Shown: positions 45,360 through 55,303, counted from the first letter of the stretch. The stretch: DNA of 64,000 bases from an uncultured Holophagae bacterium (GCA_963710645.1 CAVQBD010000009.1:1551199-1615198), one strand, 5' to 3'. Numbers and translations are program-made. The notes: a model not told the origin generated them from the letters alone.

Positions 45360-47546
45360 CTAGCGCATGATCTCCGGCCAGGCGGAAGTGTCACCCGACT
45401 CGAAACCGTCATCGAAAATGCGGAGTGACCGAATTTCGGCCTCGGCCTCATTGTCCGACGGGTTGGCGTCGATCAGGTAGTCGGGGAGAGTGGCCGTTCC
45501 TGCCACCACCAGGACGCCTGTAAACGGGTCAGGCACGGCTCCGATGGCGGTGTAGGTGACGCTTCCACCAACTGGCAGGTCGGCCAGGTCGTCGATGTTG
45601 CCCGCTCCCTGGTTGGAGCAGGTACCACCACCTGCACCGACGCAGATCCAACCGATACCGCCCAACTCAGCCTGGAAGTCCACCTCGACCTCGACCTCGG
45701 CAGCGGCGTCAGGACCGGCATTGCTGACGGTGATGGAAAGTTCCGCATTGTCACCGTCGTCGAGGATCTGGGTTGACGGCGTCATGGTCATTGTGAGATC
45801 GGCGCCGCCCGTGACGGTCACTGGGAGCTCCAGGGTGGCAAAATCAACGGTGGCGCTGATGGCGTAGAAACCCGGGGCCGCACCGGCGGTAAATGTGCTT
45901 GATGTCGCCCCGAGAACGGTACCGGCATCGGCCGGGTCCATGGTGCCGCCGGTGGCGTCAAAAAACACCGGAGTGCCGTCGGGAAGAGTGCCCATGCCGG
46001 AGGTGTCCGCGCCGTCGGAGTTGAATATCAAAGAGGCGTCGGCCGTCGCCTGACCCCCCACTGGGATGATGGTCTGATTCAGTTCGAGGCCGAGCACCAG
46101 CCATGGGTCGGCATCCAGGAATCCGGCGGTGCCGGTGTAGAGCGCCGGATCGCAGTCACCGATGCCGGGTCCATCGTTACAGCCCCACCAGTTGTTCTCG
46201 GCCATGATCTCGGCGTCGTCTGATCGCACCCCCACGCCGTTGCCGGCAAGGCGGTTGAACGCGAGATAGGCCTTGCTCATTTTGGTGCCGGACGCGAGAT
46301 CGTCGGTGTGGACCCACACGCCGGTTCCGTTGCCCAACACGGTGTTGTATTCGACAACAACCGGAAGCACCGAGGCGGGCGGGCTTGAGGTGTAGTTGTC
46401 GCCGATCCAGTGGAAACCAATGTTGGCGCCGATGGAGACGTTGTGGATGTAGCTGACTGTGGTGGTGTCGGACGAGTGAGAGGTGACGCGGAAGGCGCGC
46501 TGGAGATTCAGCTCGGGGTCGTTGTCCAGTGATTCGTTGACAAAGATGTTGCCGTTCACCTCGATGTTCGAGTCGTGGCCGTGTGCGTTCTCCCAGATGC
46601 CGTAGATGCGCTCCGAATTGCCTGCCTGGGCGCCGGTGATTCGAATCAGGTTGTCGGTGATGACCAGCCCGTCGTACCCTGCGCCGCCGCTGGTGTTCGA
46701 TTGCAGGGCTACACAGGATGAGCTTTCGGGATCAGCGGCAGCGGCGCTACCGGGGATGACCACCTCGTTGCCCTCGATGGTCTGGTTGGTGCCGAAGGCG
46801 AGGTGGAACGCGATGTTCTGCCACGGTTCGCCTGTCGCGAGGGTGTGATTGCCGGGAATGTCCGCGGGCATCTCGATGAGGTTGTTGCGCACGGTGACGT
46901 CGTTGAAATCGCCCGCGGCGGTGAAGAACATGCCGAGGGTCCAGTCGAAACCGCGCAGCTCGAGATTCTCGATGGTCCAGCCGTGGTAGGTACCCTCGAA
47001 GAGGGCGAGAAACCCCTCGTAGTAGATATCGAGATCCGGAAGTTCCCAGGGCCCGAGAACCACCGCGTCGCCAAGTTCGGTGGCGTAGATTCGCACGTTG
47101 TCCACGCCGCCTGGGGGGATCACCGCGTAGTCGGCTGCGGCCCAGGAGGCCATGGCGTTGGGTTCGTTCCAGTCAAAGAGGCCGAGCAGCCTGACCTCGG
47201 TGCCGTCGCCGAGCAGCTCCACCGACTGTATGGCGTTGTCGATCCGGGTGAAGTCGTTGTCGTCGGGTTGAGGAACACTTCCGGTGGTGGCCACCGACTC
47301 CACCAGCACGGTGAGCCCACCCTCGGTGGTGAGCAGACTGATGCCCCTGCTCCAGGAGTCCGGTGAACCCTCGGGGATGTGGTGTTCTGGCATCCGGACG
47401 ACGCTGCGGTCGACGTCGCTCGAATTGACGTCCGCCACCTGGATCGTGACCTTGTCAGCCGCCTCGGCTGATGGTGCCCAGATGAAGGTCATGACCAACA
47501 GGGTGGCCACCAGGAATGAGTTTTGGAGCAGAGATCGCTTTGACAT
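45360..47546 (-). CDS. Secreted right-handed beta-helix protein with C-terminal DUF11-like repeat domain
   Basis: 728 aa. Signal peptide ending AEA. Repetitive NxxI/V..G beta-helix-like segments. The C-terminal LTMTMTPS...ELSITVSNAGPDAAAEVEVEVDF resembles the DUF11 conserved repeat. Confidence 0.6.
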   Translation of the reverse strand: MSKRSLLQNSFLVATLLVMTFIWAPSAEAADKVTIQVADVNSSDVDRSVVRMPEHHIPEGSPDSWSRGISLLTTEGGLTVLVESVATTGSVPQPDDNDFTRIDNAIQSVELLGDGTEVRLLGLFDWNEPNAMASWAAADYAVIPPGGVDNVRIYATELGDAVVLGPWELPDLDIYYEGFLALFEGTYHGWTIENLELRGFDWTLGMFFTAAGDFNDVTVRNNLIEMPADIPGNHTLATGEPWQNIAFHLAFGTNQTIEGNEVVIPGSAAAADPESSSCVALQSNTSGGAGYDGLVITDNLIRITGAQAGNSERIYGIWENAHGHDSNIEVNGNIFVNESLDNDPELNLQRAFRVTSHSSDTTTVSYIHNVSIGANIGFHWIGDNYTSSPPASVLPVVVEYNTVLGNGTGVWVHTDDLASGTKMSKAYLAFNRLAGNGVGVRSDDAEIMAENNWWGCNDGPGIGDCDPALYTGTAGFLDADPWLVLGLELNQTIIPVGGQATADASLIFNSDGADTSGMGTLPDGTPVFFDATGGTMDPADAGTVLGATSSTFTAGAAPGFYAISATVDFATLELPVTVTGGADLTMTMTPSTQILDDGDNAELSITVSNAGPDAAAEVEVEVDFQAELGGIGWICVGAGGGTCSNQGAGNIDDLADLPVGGSVTYTAIGAVPDPFTGVLVVAGTATLPDYLIDANPSDNEAEAEIRSLRIFDDGFESGDTSAWPEIMR

Positions 47547-47848
47547 CTCGGTTTCTCCCTTTGGTAGAAATTCGGTCTGTTCCGTCGAAAAAAGGCCGGA
47601 ACCGCTGTTCCGGCGAAAACTTCCCTTCTAATGAGTACCCGTGTGGCTAATAAAAATAGGGGCCTCGTGGGGTCCGGGGACCGGACCGGAAAAATGAACG
47701 AGGGCCCGCGACCGCGGGCCCTCTCTCGGAGTTTCCGGGCCGGACAGCCCGGAGGAGGGTTGGTCGGATGGGGCTTGGGGAGATTCCGCCATCCGATCTG
47801 TCGACAGGAAAGAGTCTATTCAGTGAGTGTTGAGTTGACGTCAAGCTG

Positions 47849-49138
47849 GTGTTCGGATGTTGCGAGGTGGGACCGGCGTGGGACAATTACGGCGTGACGC
47901 AGTTCATATCACGTGCCGAGGCGATCGAACTCGACCTGAGGGACCCGTTGGCAGGAAGCCGCCAGGAGTTCATGATCCCGGAGGGTGTCGTCTACCTCGA
48001 CGGCAACTCCTTGGGTCCGCTCCCAAAGCGCACCCTTGACCGGATCCAGCGGCTGATGACGGTGGAATGGGGAGAGGACCTCATCCGGAGTTGGACCGAT
48101 CACGGGTGGATCGACATGCCCGGGCAGATTTCGGCGGCGGTTGCGCCACTGATCGGAGCGGAGCCCGACGAGATTGCGGTGGCGGATTCGGTGTCGGTCA
48201 ATCTCTTCAAATTGCTGGGGGCCGGTCTGCGGCTGAGCCAGGGTCGTCGGGTCATTCTCACCGAAGAGGAGAACTTCCCCACCGATCAGTACATCGCCCA
48301 GGGGCTCGTTGAGCTGATGGCGGATCGGGCTTCGTTGCGAGTCGTGCCCCGAAGTGAGGTCGCCGACGCTCTCGATGAGGACGTGGCCGTGCTGATGCTC
48401 ACCCAGGTGGATTTTCGCAGCGGCGAGATTCACGATCTCCGGGATTGGAACGAGGCAGCCGAGGCGGTCGGCGCGCTGACCCTGTGGGATCTCTCCCACT
48501 CCGCGGGCGCGATTCCGGTGGACCTTGGTGACGCCGGCGCCGACCTTGCGGTTGGCTGCGGCTACAAGTACCTCAACGGCGGCCCCGGTGCACCTGCCTT
48601 CGCCTATGTTGCGCGCCGGCACCACGGCCGCCTGCGGTCTCCTCTGTGGGGCTGGATGGGTCATGCTGCGCCGTTCGACTTTGGTACCGACTACCGGCCG
48701 GCGCCGGGGGTGTCATCGCTCATCGTCGGCACGCCACCTATCTTGAGCCTTGCCGCCCTCCAATGCGGTGTCGAGACCGTGGCCGAGATCGGAATCCACC
48801 GTTTGCGGGCAAAGTCCATCGAGCTCGGCGAGATGTTCATCGCGGGTGTGGAAAGCACGTGTGACGGCCAGGGATTCGAGCTGGCCTCACCTCGAGATCC
48901 GCAGCGTCGGGGGAGCCACGTGTCGTTCCACCACCCGGATGGCTACGCCATTGTTCAGGCTCTCATCGCGCGTGGAGTCATCGGCGATTTCCGGGTCCCG
49001 GATCTGCTCCGTTTTGGATTTGCCCCCGCGTACCTGAGATTTGTCGAGGTTTGGGATGCGGTGGCTGCATTGGCCGAGATCATGGAGGCGCGGCAATGGG
49101 ATCAACCACGATTTCGGGTGCGGGCGAAGGTCACGTGA
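47849..49138 (+). CDS. kynU: Kynureninase
   Basis: 429 aa (alternative GTG start at 47894). YLDGNSLGPLP and PLP-Lys block GCGYKYLNGGPGAPAF. Confidence 0.85.
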   Translation: MFGCCEVGPAWDNYGVTQFISRAEAIELDLRDPLAGSRQEFMIPEGVVYLDGNSLGPLPKRTLDRIQRLMTVEWGEDLIRSWTDHGWIDMPGQISAAVAPLIGAEPDEIAVADSVSVNLFKLLGAGLRLSQGRRVILTEEENFPTDQYIAQGLVELMADRASLRVVPRSEVADALDEDVAVLMLTQVDFRSGEIHDLRDWNEAAEAVGALTLWDLSHSAGAIPVDLGDAGADLAVGCGYKYLNGGPGAPAFAYVARRHHGRLRSPLWGWMGHAAPFDFGTDYRPAPGVSSLIVGTPPILSLAALQCGVETVAEIGIHRLRAKSIELGEMFIAGVESTCDGQGFELASPRDPQRRGSHVSFHHPDGYAIVQALIARGVIGDFRVPDLLRFGFAPAYLRFVEVWDAVAALAEIMEARQWDQPRFRVRAKVT

Positions 49139-49139
49139 G

Positions 49140-50045
49140 TTGCGGAAGATTCACCTTCTTGCCGTGGTGCTGGTGGCGGCCCAGTCCATCGGTGCCCAGG
49201 AGCGTCCGGTGATGAAGGCAGCCGACGCGATGGCCCTCCCTCGTTCCGAGGCGCAACACGTGATCGCCTACGGGAGGGGACCACTGCAATTCGGCGAGCT
49301 TCGGCTGCCCGACGGCGCCGGATCCCATCCGGTGGCTCTGGTGATCCATGGCGGTTGCTGGTTGGCCGAGTACGATCTCGGCTATATGTCATCCTTCGCG
49401 GCCGCGCTTGGCTCGGAGGGGATCGCCACCTGGAGCATCGAATACCGGCGGGTTGGCAATGACGGCGGCGGGTGGCCCGGGACCTTTGAAGACGTGGCCG
49501 CGGCGGCTGATCATCTCCGTAAGATCGCGGCCGACCATCACCTCGACCTCGCGCGGGTGGTGGCGGTTGGTCATTCCGCCGGTGGACATCTGGCCCTGTG
49601 GCTTGCCGCCCGAAACCGGCTGCCGTCCAACGACCCCCTCCGCGGACCTGCGCCGCTGGATCTCGCGGGAGTTGTGAGTCTTGCCGGGATTCCGGATCTT
49701 GCGGGGTTCGCTTCACCCGAGGGGTGTGGCGCCGCTGTTTCCGGACTCCTGGGCGGTCGGCCGGCGGATCACCCCGAGAGACTGCGCAGGGTGTCGCCGA
49801 TCCGGATGGTGCCGTCGGGCGTACCGCAGGTTCTGGTGATTGGGGAGCTCGACCCGATCGTGCCCCGCGCCCAGGCCGACGATTACCTGGCTGCCGCCGG
49901 CGGGGCCGTCGGGAACGTCGGGCTGAAGGAGGTCGCTGGAGTCGGCCATTTCGAACTCGTGAACCCCGCCTGCGAGGCGTGGCCCACCGTCAAAGCCGCG
50001 ATCCACGAGATGCTGGGATCCGAGCGTGAGGACGACGCCGGCTAG
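49140..50045 (+). CDS. Alpha/beta hydrolase (esterase/arylformamidase-like), probable signal peptide
   Basis: Track ORF 49041..50045. I favour the TTG at 49140 (LRKIHLLAVVLVAAQSIGA). HGGCW oxyanion motif and GHSAGGHLA nucleophile elbow. Confidence 0.65.
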   Translation: MRKIHLLAVVLVAAQSIGAQERPVMKAADAMALPRSEAQHVIAYGRGPLQFGELRLPDGAGSHPVALVIHGGCWLAEYDLGYMSSFAAALGSEGIATWSIEYRRVGNDGGGWPGTFEDVAAAADHLRKIAADHHLDLARVVAVGHSAGGHLALWLAARNRLPSNDPLRGPAPLDLAGVVSLAGIPDLAGFASPEGCGAAVSGLLGGRPADHPERLRRVSPIRMVPSGVPQVLVIGELDPIVPRAQADDYLAAAGGAVGNVGLKEVAGVGHFELVNPACEAWPTVKAAIHEMLGSEREDDAG

Positions 50046-50051
50046 CCCGGG

Positions 50052-50330
50052 CTAGTCCATCCCGATCGAGAACATACGCTCCAAATCGTGTTGGGAGAAC
50101 GCTCGGAAGGCGATCAAGGTCTCTGACGAAATGATGCCCTCGGCGGTGAGCATCTTCTCGGTGACCAGCGAGGCGATCTGCTCCTCTCCCGAGCAGCGGA
50201 CGATGGCCACCAGGTCGACCTGACCGGCCACCGAATAGACCTCGGACACGCCGTCGAATTGAACCAGGGTCTGGGCCACCTCGTTGATTCGATCGTTTTG
50301 TACGTTGAGCAGGATGATTGCCGTGACCAT
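50052..50330 (-). CDS. Stand-alone Lrp/AsnC ligand-binding (RAM) domain protein with no HTH
   Basis: 92 aa. VTAIILLNVQ...VSEVYSVAGQVDLVAIV is the typical AsnC_trans_reg fold pattern. Confidence 0.65.
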   Translation of the reverse strand: MVTAIILLNVQNDRINEVAQTLVQFDGVSEVYSVAGQVDLVAIVRCSGEEQIASLVTEKMLTAEGIISSETLIAFRAFSQHDLERMFSIGMD

Positions 50331-50419
50331 GGGTCCTCCCGTGTGCCCCGTCCGGGCACCCCATCATACTCCGCGATGATGTCGTTCGCGGGTGCTATGC
50401 TGCGCCGTCCGGAGAACGA

Positions 50420-51778
50420 ATGACCCGACCCTTCGAGCCCCCGAGCCGCGCTGAATTCGCCGCCATGCTTCGCCTGGCGGGGCCGGTGGTTGTGGTGCAG
50501 GTGGGTCTGATGCTCATGGGTGTGGTGGATATCATGGTGGTGGGGAGGGTATCGGCCAACGCCCTGGCGGCTGTCGCCCTGGGCCACGTGTCCGTCATGA
50601 CTATTGTGTCCTTCGGGCTGGGAACGCTCATGGTGGTGGATCCGCTGGTGTCCCAAGCTATCGGTGCCCGCGACCGTTTGGCGGTGCGGCGGACCTTTCA
50701 ACGGTGTCTCTTCATGACCGTCTTGATCGCCCTTCCAGCGATCGTTCTCTTGATCCCGGTGAAACCGGTGCTGGTGTTTCTCCGACAGCCTGTGGAGACG
50801 GTGCCCCTCGCCGCGGGCTATGTCCACCGTTGTCTGCCGGGGTTGTTGCCATTCTTCGGATTCATAGTGCTCCGCCAGACCCTGCAGGCCATGGAACGCA
50901 TGCGGCCCATCGTGCTGACCATTGTGGGGGCCAACGGATTGAATCTGTTGCTTGACCTCGCCCTGGTGCACGGCCGCTGGGGATTTCCGGCCCTCGGTCC
51001 ACTGGGATCGGCATGGGCCACCACCATCAGCCGACTCACTCTGTTTGTCGGACTGGCTTTCGCCGCCCGCCGGGATCTGGCGCCTCTTGTGGCACGTTTC
51101 GATCGAGAGGCCGTGAAGCTGATGCCCCTTCTGAGGACCCTCAAATTGGGGATCCCCATCGGTCTTCAGATTCAGCTCGAATTCACCTCTGTGAGCGCCA
51201 TCGCCCTGATGATGGGTGGTATGGGAGCCGTCACCATGGCCGCCCACCAGGTGGCCATCAATCTGGCGGCCCTCACCTTCATGGTGCCTCTGGGGGTGTC
51301 GGCCGCGTCGGCGATCCGCGTCGGACACGCTGTTGGTCGGAATGATCAGGGTGGAGTCCGCCGTGCGGCTTCGGCGGCGCTCATTTGCGGCGCCGGTTTC
51401 ATGACGTGCACTGCCGTCCTGTTCCTCCTCCTGCCCCGACAGCTGGCCTCGGCCTACACCCCGGAGGTCGAGGTGCTCGTGCTGGCCGCCTTGCTGATTC
51501 CCATCGCCGGCGTCTTCCAGATCTTCGACGGTCTGCAGATCGTGTCGGCCGGTATTTTACGTGGCCTCGGAGACACCCGTGCACCCATGCTGATCAATCT
51601 ATTCGGCTTCTGGCTGATCGGCATTCCGGTGAGCATCCTGTTGGCCTTCCGCCTCGGGCTGGGTCCCCAGGGTCTTTGGTGGGGCTTTGTGGTGGGCCTC
51701 GCGGTGGTGTCGACCATGCTGCTTCTGCGAATCGGCTCAAAGTTGTCGCGGCCGGTGGAGCGCGTCACCGTCGAGTGA
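50420..51778 (+). CDS. MATE-family efflux transporter
   Basis: 452 aa, 12-TM pattern, with internally duplicated MatE-like halves. Confidence 0.85.
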   Translation: MTRPFEPPSRAEFAAMLRLAGPVVVVQVGLMLMGVVDIMVVGRVSANALAAVALGHVSVMTIVSFGLGTLMVVDPLVSQAIGARDRLAVRRTFQRCLFMTVLIALPAIVLLIPVKPVLVFLRQPVETVPLAAGYVHRCLPGLLPFFGFIVLRQTLQAMERMRPIVLTIVGANGLNLLLDLALVHGRWGFPALGPLGSAWATTISRLTLFVGLAFAARRDLAPLVARFDREAVKLMPLLRTLKLGIPIGLQIQLEFTSVSAIALMMGGMGAVTMAAHQVAINLAALTFMVPLGVSAASAIRVGHAVGRNDQGGVRRAASAALICGAGFMTCTAVLFLLLPRQLASAYTPEVEVLVLAALLIPIAGVFQIFDGLQIVSAGILRGLGDTRAPMLINLFGFWLIGIPVSILLAFRLGLGPQGLWWGFVVGLAVVSTMLLLRIGSKLSRPVERVTVE

Positions 51779-51906
51779 ACCCCCTCCCGCCCGGTCGGGA
51801 ACAAGGAGCAAGGAACATCCCCCGCCCGCTCAGGCAGCAGGGAGTAGCCCCGCCCACCTGGAGTCTGGGGGCGCTTTGGGCGGGCTTGCCACTCCGGGTA
51901 CCTTCA

Positions 51907-51941
51907 AGTTGAACGTTAAACGTTGAATGTTCCCACCCACC
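51907..51941. repeat. Heptamer-periodic array AGTTGAA CGTTAAA CGTTGAA TGTTCCC ACCCACC
   Basis: Read directly. A related array, ..CAATTTT GAATGTT GAGTTTC CACCCAA, occurs at 57791-57818. Confidence 0.7.
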
Positions 51942-51970
51942 CTCCAGGATTGTGAGAGGCCGCGTTGATC

Positions 51971-52119
51971 GGGCGTGCCGTCTCCGACGATTTTAAGTTG
52001 GGGCCGAACCTCTATCGTGCCACGATGGGTCCCAAATATCGTCGGAGGGGGCAACCTCGGGGAGCGCGATTGGGAGATGCTTGCGTCGAAGTCAGCAAAT
52101 CGAAGCGAGCGCGCGGGCC
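51971..52119 (+). repeat. 149-bp conserved intergenic element, copy B (possible structured RNA or REP/BIME-like unit)
   Basis: Aligns without gaps to the reverse complement of 59694-59842, with about 121/149 identical by my hand count. Contains the 10-bp stem CTCCGACGAT (51982-51991) / ATCGTCGGAG (52038-52047). Confidence 0.8.
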
Positions 52120-52180
52120 GTGCCCAGGTTGTAGGCCCCGCACACCCGGGTTGACATGGAGGAGGGAAGACTGATCATTT

Positions 52181-52198
52181 TACTGCCTACTGCCAACT
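52181..52198. repeat. Heptamer array TACTGCC TACTGCC (left flank of MITE-like copy 2)
   Basis: Read directly. The same CTACTGC unit resumes at 52321-52348 and occurs again at 54481-54494. Confidence 0.75.
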
Positions 52199-52320
52199 CG
52201 CCGGCGGCAGCGATCGTGGCCGTGGCCGTGTGCGGTGACGCGAGACGCACAAGAAGGTGGACTGGCAGGCCTACGGCCACTCGCTGGTGACGGGGAGTCG
52301 CCGCGGCCATCGGCCGCGAG
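52199..52320. mobile_element. MITE-like GC-rich repeat, copy 2, flanked by 5-bp direct repeat CAACT and sitting inside a CTACTGC heptamer array
   Basis: Its termini match those of copy 1 (31754-31861). CAACT occurs at 52194-52198 and 52321-52325. Conserved hairpins: GGTGAC/GTCGCC (G-U-compatible change relative to copy 1) and CGCGGCC-ATC-GGCCGCG (loop GCA in copy 1). Confidence 0.5.
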
Positions 52321-52348
52321 CAACTGCCTACTGCCTACTGCCTACGAG
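52321..52348. repeat. Heptamer array CAACTGC CTACTGC CTACTGC CTACGAG
   Basis: Read directly, 67 nt upstream of acs. Confidence 0.8.
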
Positions 52349-52414
52349 ACAGCGACTCAAAATGGTCCCTGCTAAAGTAAGAGGCCACTGACCCCACAGC
52401 GAGAGGTATGGCCC

Positions 52415-54379
52415 ATGACCGAACCCAAGGACATTTACCCGCCGAAGCCCCACATCGCCGAACGAGCCCACATCGGTTCGATGGCGGAGTACGAACGGCT
52501 CTACCGTCTCTCTCTCGACGATCCCGAGTCCTTCTGGGGCAAGCAGGCGGAGCGGATCAGCTGGTTCCATCCTTGGAATGAGGTCTACGACCACGACTAT
52601 GACAACGTTGATTTCGGCTGGTTCCTTGGCGGGCGCCTGAACGCGTGCTTCAACTGTGTCGATCGCCATCTGAGCACCCGCGGCGACCAGGACGCCATCA
52701 TCTGGGCCAAGGACGAGCCCGGCGAATACCAGCACATCAGCTACCGCCAGCTCAAGCACGAGGTCAGCCGGGTGGCCAACGTCCTCAAGGTCCACGGGGT
52801 GCGTCGCGGCGATCGGGTCTGCCTCTACATGCCCATGATCCCGGAGCTGGCCTACACCATGCTCGCGTGTGCGCGCATCGGCGCCGTCCATTCCATCGTC
52901 TTTGGTGGATTCAGCTCCGAGTCCATTCGGGACCGGATCCTCGATGCTGGCGCTCAGGTCGTGGTGACCGCCAACCAGGGTCTCCGAGGCGGGCGAGTGC
53001 TCCACCTCAAGGAGACCGTGGACCGCGCTGTGGACGGCCTCGATCTGGTCAAGACGGTGCTGGTGGCGCGGCGCACCGACGCCGAGGTGCCCATGAAACC
53101 CGGCCGGGATCACTGGCTCGACGAGGAGTGTCGGAAACAGCGCTCCACCTGCACCTATCAGTGGATGGGTTCGGAGGATCCGCTGTTCATCCTCTATACG
53201 TCGGGATCCACCGGCAAGCCCAAGGGGGTGCTCCACACCACCGGGGGCTACATGGTCTATGCCGCCATGACCCACGAGCTGGTCTTCGACTACCACCCCG
53301 GAGACATCTACTTCTGCGCAGCCGACATAGGCTGGATCACCGGCCACAGCTACATCATCTACGGACCGCTGGCCAACGGCGCCACCACAGTGATGTTCGA
53401 GTCGGTGCCCAACTACCCCGACGCGGGCCGCTATTGGCGGGTGGTGGACGACTTGGGGGTGAATATCTTCTACACCGCGCCCACTGCCATCCGCGCCATC
53501 AACCGCGCTGGGGATGACCACGTCACAGGGTCTTCGCGGGAGTCATTGCGCATTCTGGGCACCGTGGGCGAGCCCATCAACCCGGACACCTGGCGCTGGT
53601 ACCACGATGTGGTGGGCGAGGGTCGGTGCGCCATCGTCGATACATGGTGGCAGACCGAGACCGGCGGCATCCTGATGACGCCATTGCCCGGGGTCACGCC
53701 GCTGAAGCCGGGATCGGCCACCCTCCCCTTCTTCGGGATCAAGCCGCTGGTTGTGGATGATGAGGGCGCGATCCTCTCCGGCGACGAGGTGACCGGCAAT
53801 CTCTGTCTCGAACGAACCTGGCCGGGCCAGGCTCGAACCGTGTGGGGCGACCACGAGCGCTTTCACGAGACCTACTTCACCCAGTTCCCGGGGCTCTACT
53901 TCACCGGTGACGGCTGTCGTCGCGACCGGGACGGCTACTACTGGATCACCGGCCGGGTGGACGATGTCATCAACGTGTCGGGCCACCGCATGGGCACCGC
54001 CGAGGTGGAGAGTGCGCTGGTTGCCCACGACGCGGTGGCCGAGGCTGCGGTTGTGGGTTTTCCCCATGACATCAAGGGACAGGGCATCTTCGCTTACGTC
54101 ATTCTCAACCTTTCCTCCGAGGGCGAAACCGAACCTAACGAGTTGGTGGGCGCCCTCAAGGAGCAGGTGCGTCACGTCATCGGTCCCATCGCCACACCCG
54201 ATGAGATTCTGATCGTGCCCGGGCTGCCCAAGACCCGCTCGGGCAAGATCATGCGCCGCATCCTGCGCAACATCGCCGCCGGCGAGTACACCGACATGGG
54301 TAACATCACCACTCTGGCGGATCCCGAGATCGTCGACACACTCATCACCGCCCACAAGGAACTCGTTGCAGAGGACTAA
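52415..54379 (+). CDS. acs: Acetyl-CoA synthetase (AMP-forming)
   Basis: 654 aa. [15 protein letters not shown]-binding motif, WWQTETGG, and the C-terminal [11 protein letters not shown] with the regulatory Lys. Confidence 0.97.
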   Translation: MTEPKDIYPPKPHIAERAHIGSMAEYERLYRLSLDDPESFWGKQAERISWFHPWNEVYDHDYDNVDFGWFLGGRLNACFNCVDRHLSTRGDQDAIIWAKDEPGEYQHISYRQLKHEVSRVANVLKVHGVRRGDRVCLYMPMIPELAYTMLACARIGAVHSIVFGGFSSESIRDRILDAGAQVVVTANQGLRGGRVLHLKETVDRAVDGLDLVKTVLVARRTDAEVPMKPGRDHWLDEECRKQRSTCTYQWMGSEDPLFILYTSGSTGKPKGVLHTTGGYMVYAAMTHELVFDYHPGDIYFCAADIGWITGHSYIIYGPLANGATTVMFESVPNYPDAGRYWRVVDDLGVNIFYTAPTAIRAINRAGDDHVTGSSRESLRILGTVGEPINPDTWRWYHDVVGEGRCAIVDTWWQTETGGILMTPLPGVTPLKPGSATLPFFGIKPLVVDDEGAILSGDEVTGNLCLERTWPGQARTVWGDHERFHETYFTQFPGLYFTGDGCRRDRDGYYWITGRVDDVINVSGHRMGTAEVESALVAHDAVAEAAVVGFPHDIKGQGIFAYVILNLSSEGETEPNELVGALKEQVRHVIGPIATPDEILIVPGLPKTRSGKIMRRILRNIAAGEYTDMGNITTLADPEIVDTLITAHKELVAED

Positions 54380-54385
54380 AATAGT

Positions 54386-54400
54386 CGGTGCCAGGCACCG
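54386..54400. repeat. 15-bp perfect palindrome CGGTGCCAGGCACCG, 7 nt after the acs stop
   Basis: Read directly. Same core as at 44066-44078. Confidence 0.7.
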
Positions 54401-54480
54401 GCTCCCGCGTTCGGTTCGCCTCGCTGATCTCTGAGCTCTGCACTCTGGGCGGGAGGGGGCCGCGCCCTGCTCCCAGCACC

Positions 54481-54494
54481 CTACTGCCTACTGC
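54481..54494. repeat. Heptamer array CTACTGC x2, preceded by GATCTCT GAGCTCT GCACTCT at 54426-54446
   Basis: Read directly in the acs / K+ channel intergenic region. Confidence 0.65.
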
Positions 54495-54520
54495 CTCGAC
54501 TCATGTAAGATCATCCCACG

Positions 54521-55276
54521 ATGTCCGACCCGTCTCAGAGCCGCAGCTTCTTTGGCGCCCATCCCCACCGCAATATGTTCGTGGCCTTCCTGGTCATCCT
54601 CATCGCGGCGGTGTTGTTACCCAAGGAAATCATCGGTGGCCGGCTCTACGACTTCATGGTGGCCGGCATCTTCATGGTGGCCCTGCTGGAGACCGCGAGA
54701 ACACGTCGGAACAAGGTTGTGGCGCTGGCCATCGGCCTGCCGGCCATCGCCGCCCGTCTTTTCTTGTTGTACGCTGACGATTCCCGCGCCATCAACGGTT
54801 CGGTGCTCATGTTGAGCGCCATCTTCTTCGCCTACCTGATCTGGAATCTCCTCCGTGGTCTTTTTACGGGCGATCGCATCACCAGCGAGCGGGTCTTCGG
54901 TGCCCTCACGGCCTACCTGTGTATCGGGCTGCTGTTCGCTCTGATCTACGCCCATGTCCACTTCCGAGATCCCACCGCGTTCAGAATTCCCAACGAGCTT
55001 GTTGTGACCGCCAGCGATTCGGAAGCCCTGACCGTGCCGTCCTTTACCTACTTCAGTTTTGTGACCCTGACGACTCTGGGCTACGGCGATTTCGTACCCC
55101 TTTCCGAAAAGGCGCGCAGCCTGGCCTGGTTGGAGGCGATCATCGGACAGCTCTTTCTTGCGGTGTTGGTGGGCGGGCTGGTGGGGGTGTTCTTTGCCGA
55201 GGCAGCCAATCAAGCCGCTCAAGCCACCTTCAGAGACGGCCGGAAGGACGACACGAAGTCCTCGAAGGGCGAGTGA
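54521..55276 (+). CDS. Potassium-channel family protein
   Basis: 251 aa. Several TM helices and a pore loop with selectivity filter TLTTLGYGDF. Confidence 0.8.
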   Translation: MSDPSQSRSFFGAHPHRNMFVAFLVILIAAVLLPKEIIGGRLYDFMVAGIFMVALLETARTRRNKVVALAIGLPAIAARLFLLYADDSRAINGSVLMLSAIFFAYLIWNLLRGLFTGDRITSERVFGALTAYLCIGLLFALIYAHVHFRDPTAFRIPNELVVTASDSEALTVPSFTYFSFVTLTTLGYGDFVPLSEKARSLAWLEAIIGQLFLAVLVGGLVGVFFAEAANQAAQATFRDGRKDDTKSSKGE

Positions 55277-55303
55277 CCTGGTCCTTCTGACCTAAGATCA
55301 ACT

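Noticed and set aside
51965-52174. Small ORFs translated from the 149-bp repeat: 51965-52174 (+), 59666-59929 (-) and 31895-32185 (+). They give similar peptides (GRAVSDDF...PRGARLGD..VEVS.SKR).
   Set aside because: - The peptide similarity simply mirrors the DNA repeat.
- Differences between copies are mostly non-synonymous (about 4 of 21 differing codons are synonymous by my count).
- There is no consistent start codon or RBS.
- The third copy has a stop in that frame.
- The covarying stem argues for a nucleic-acid-level function.
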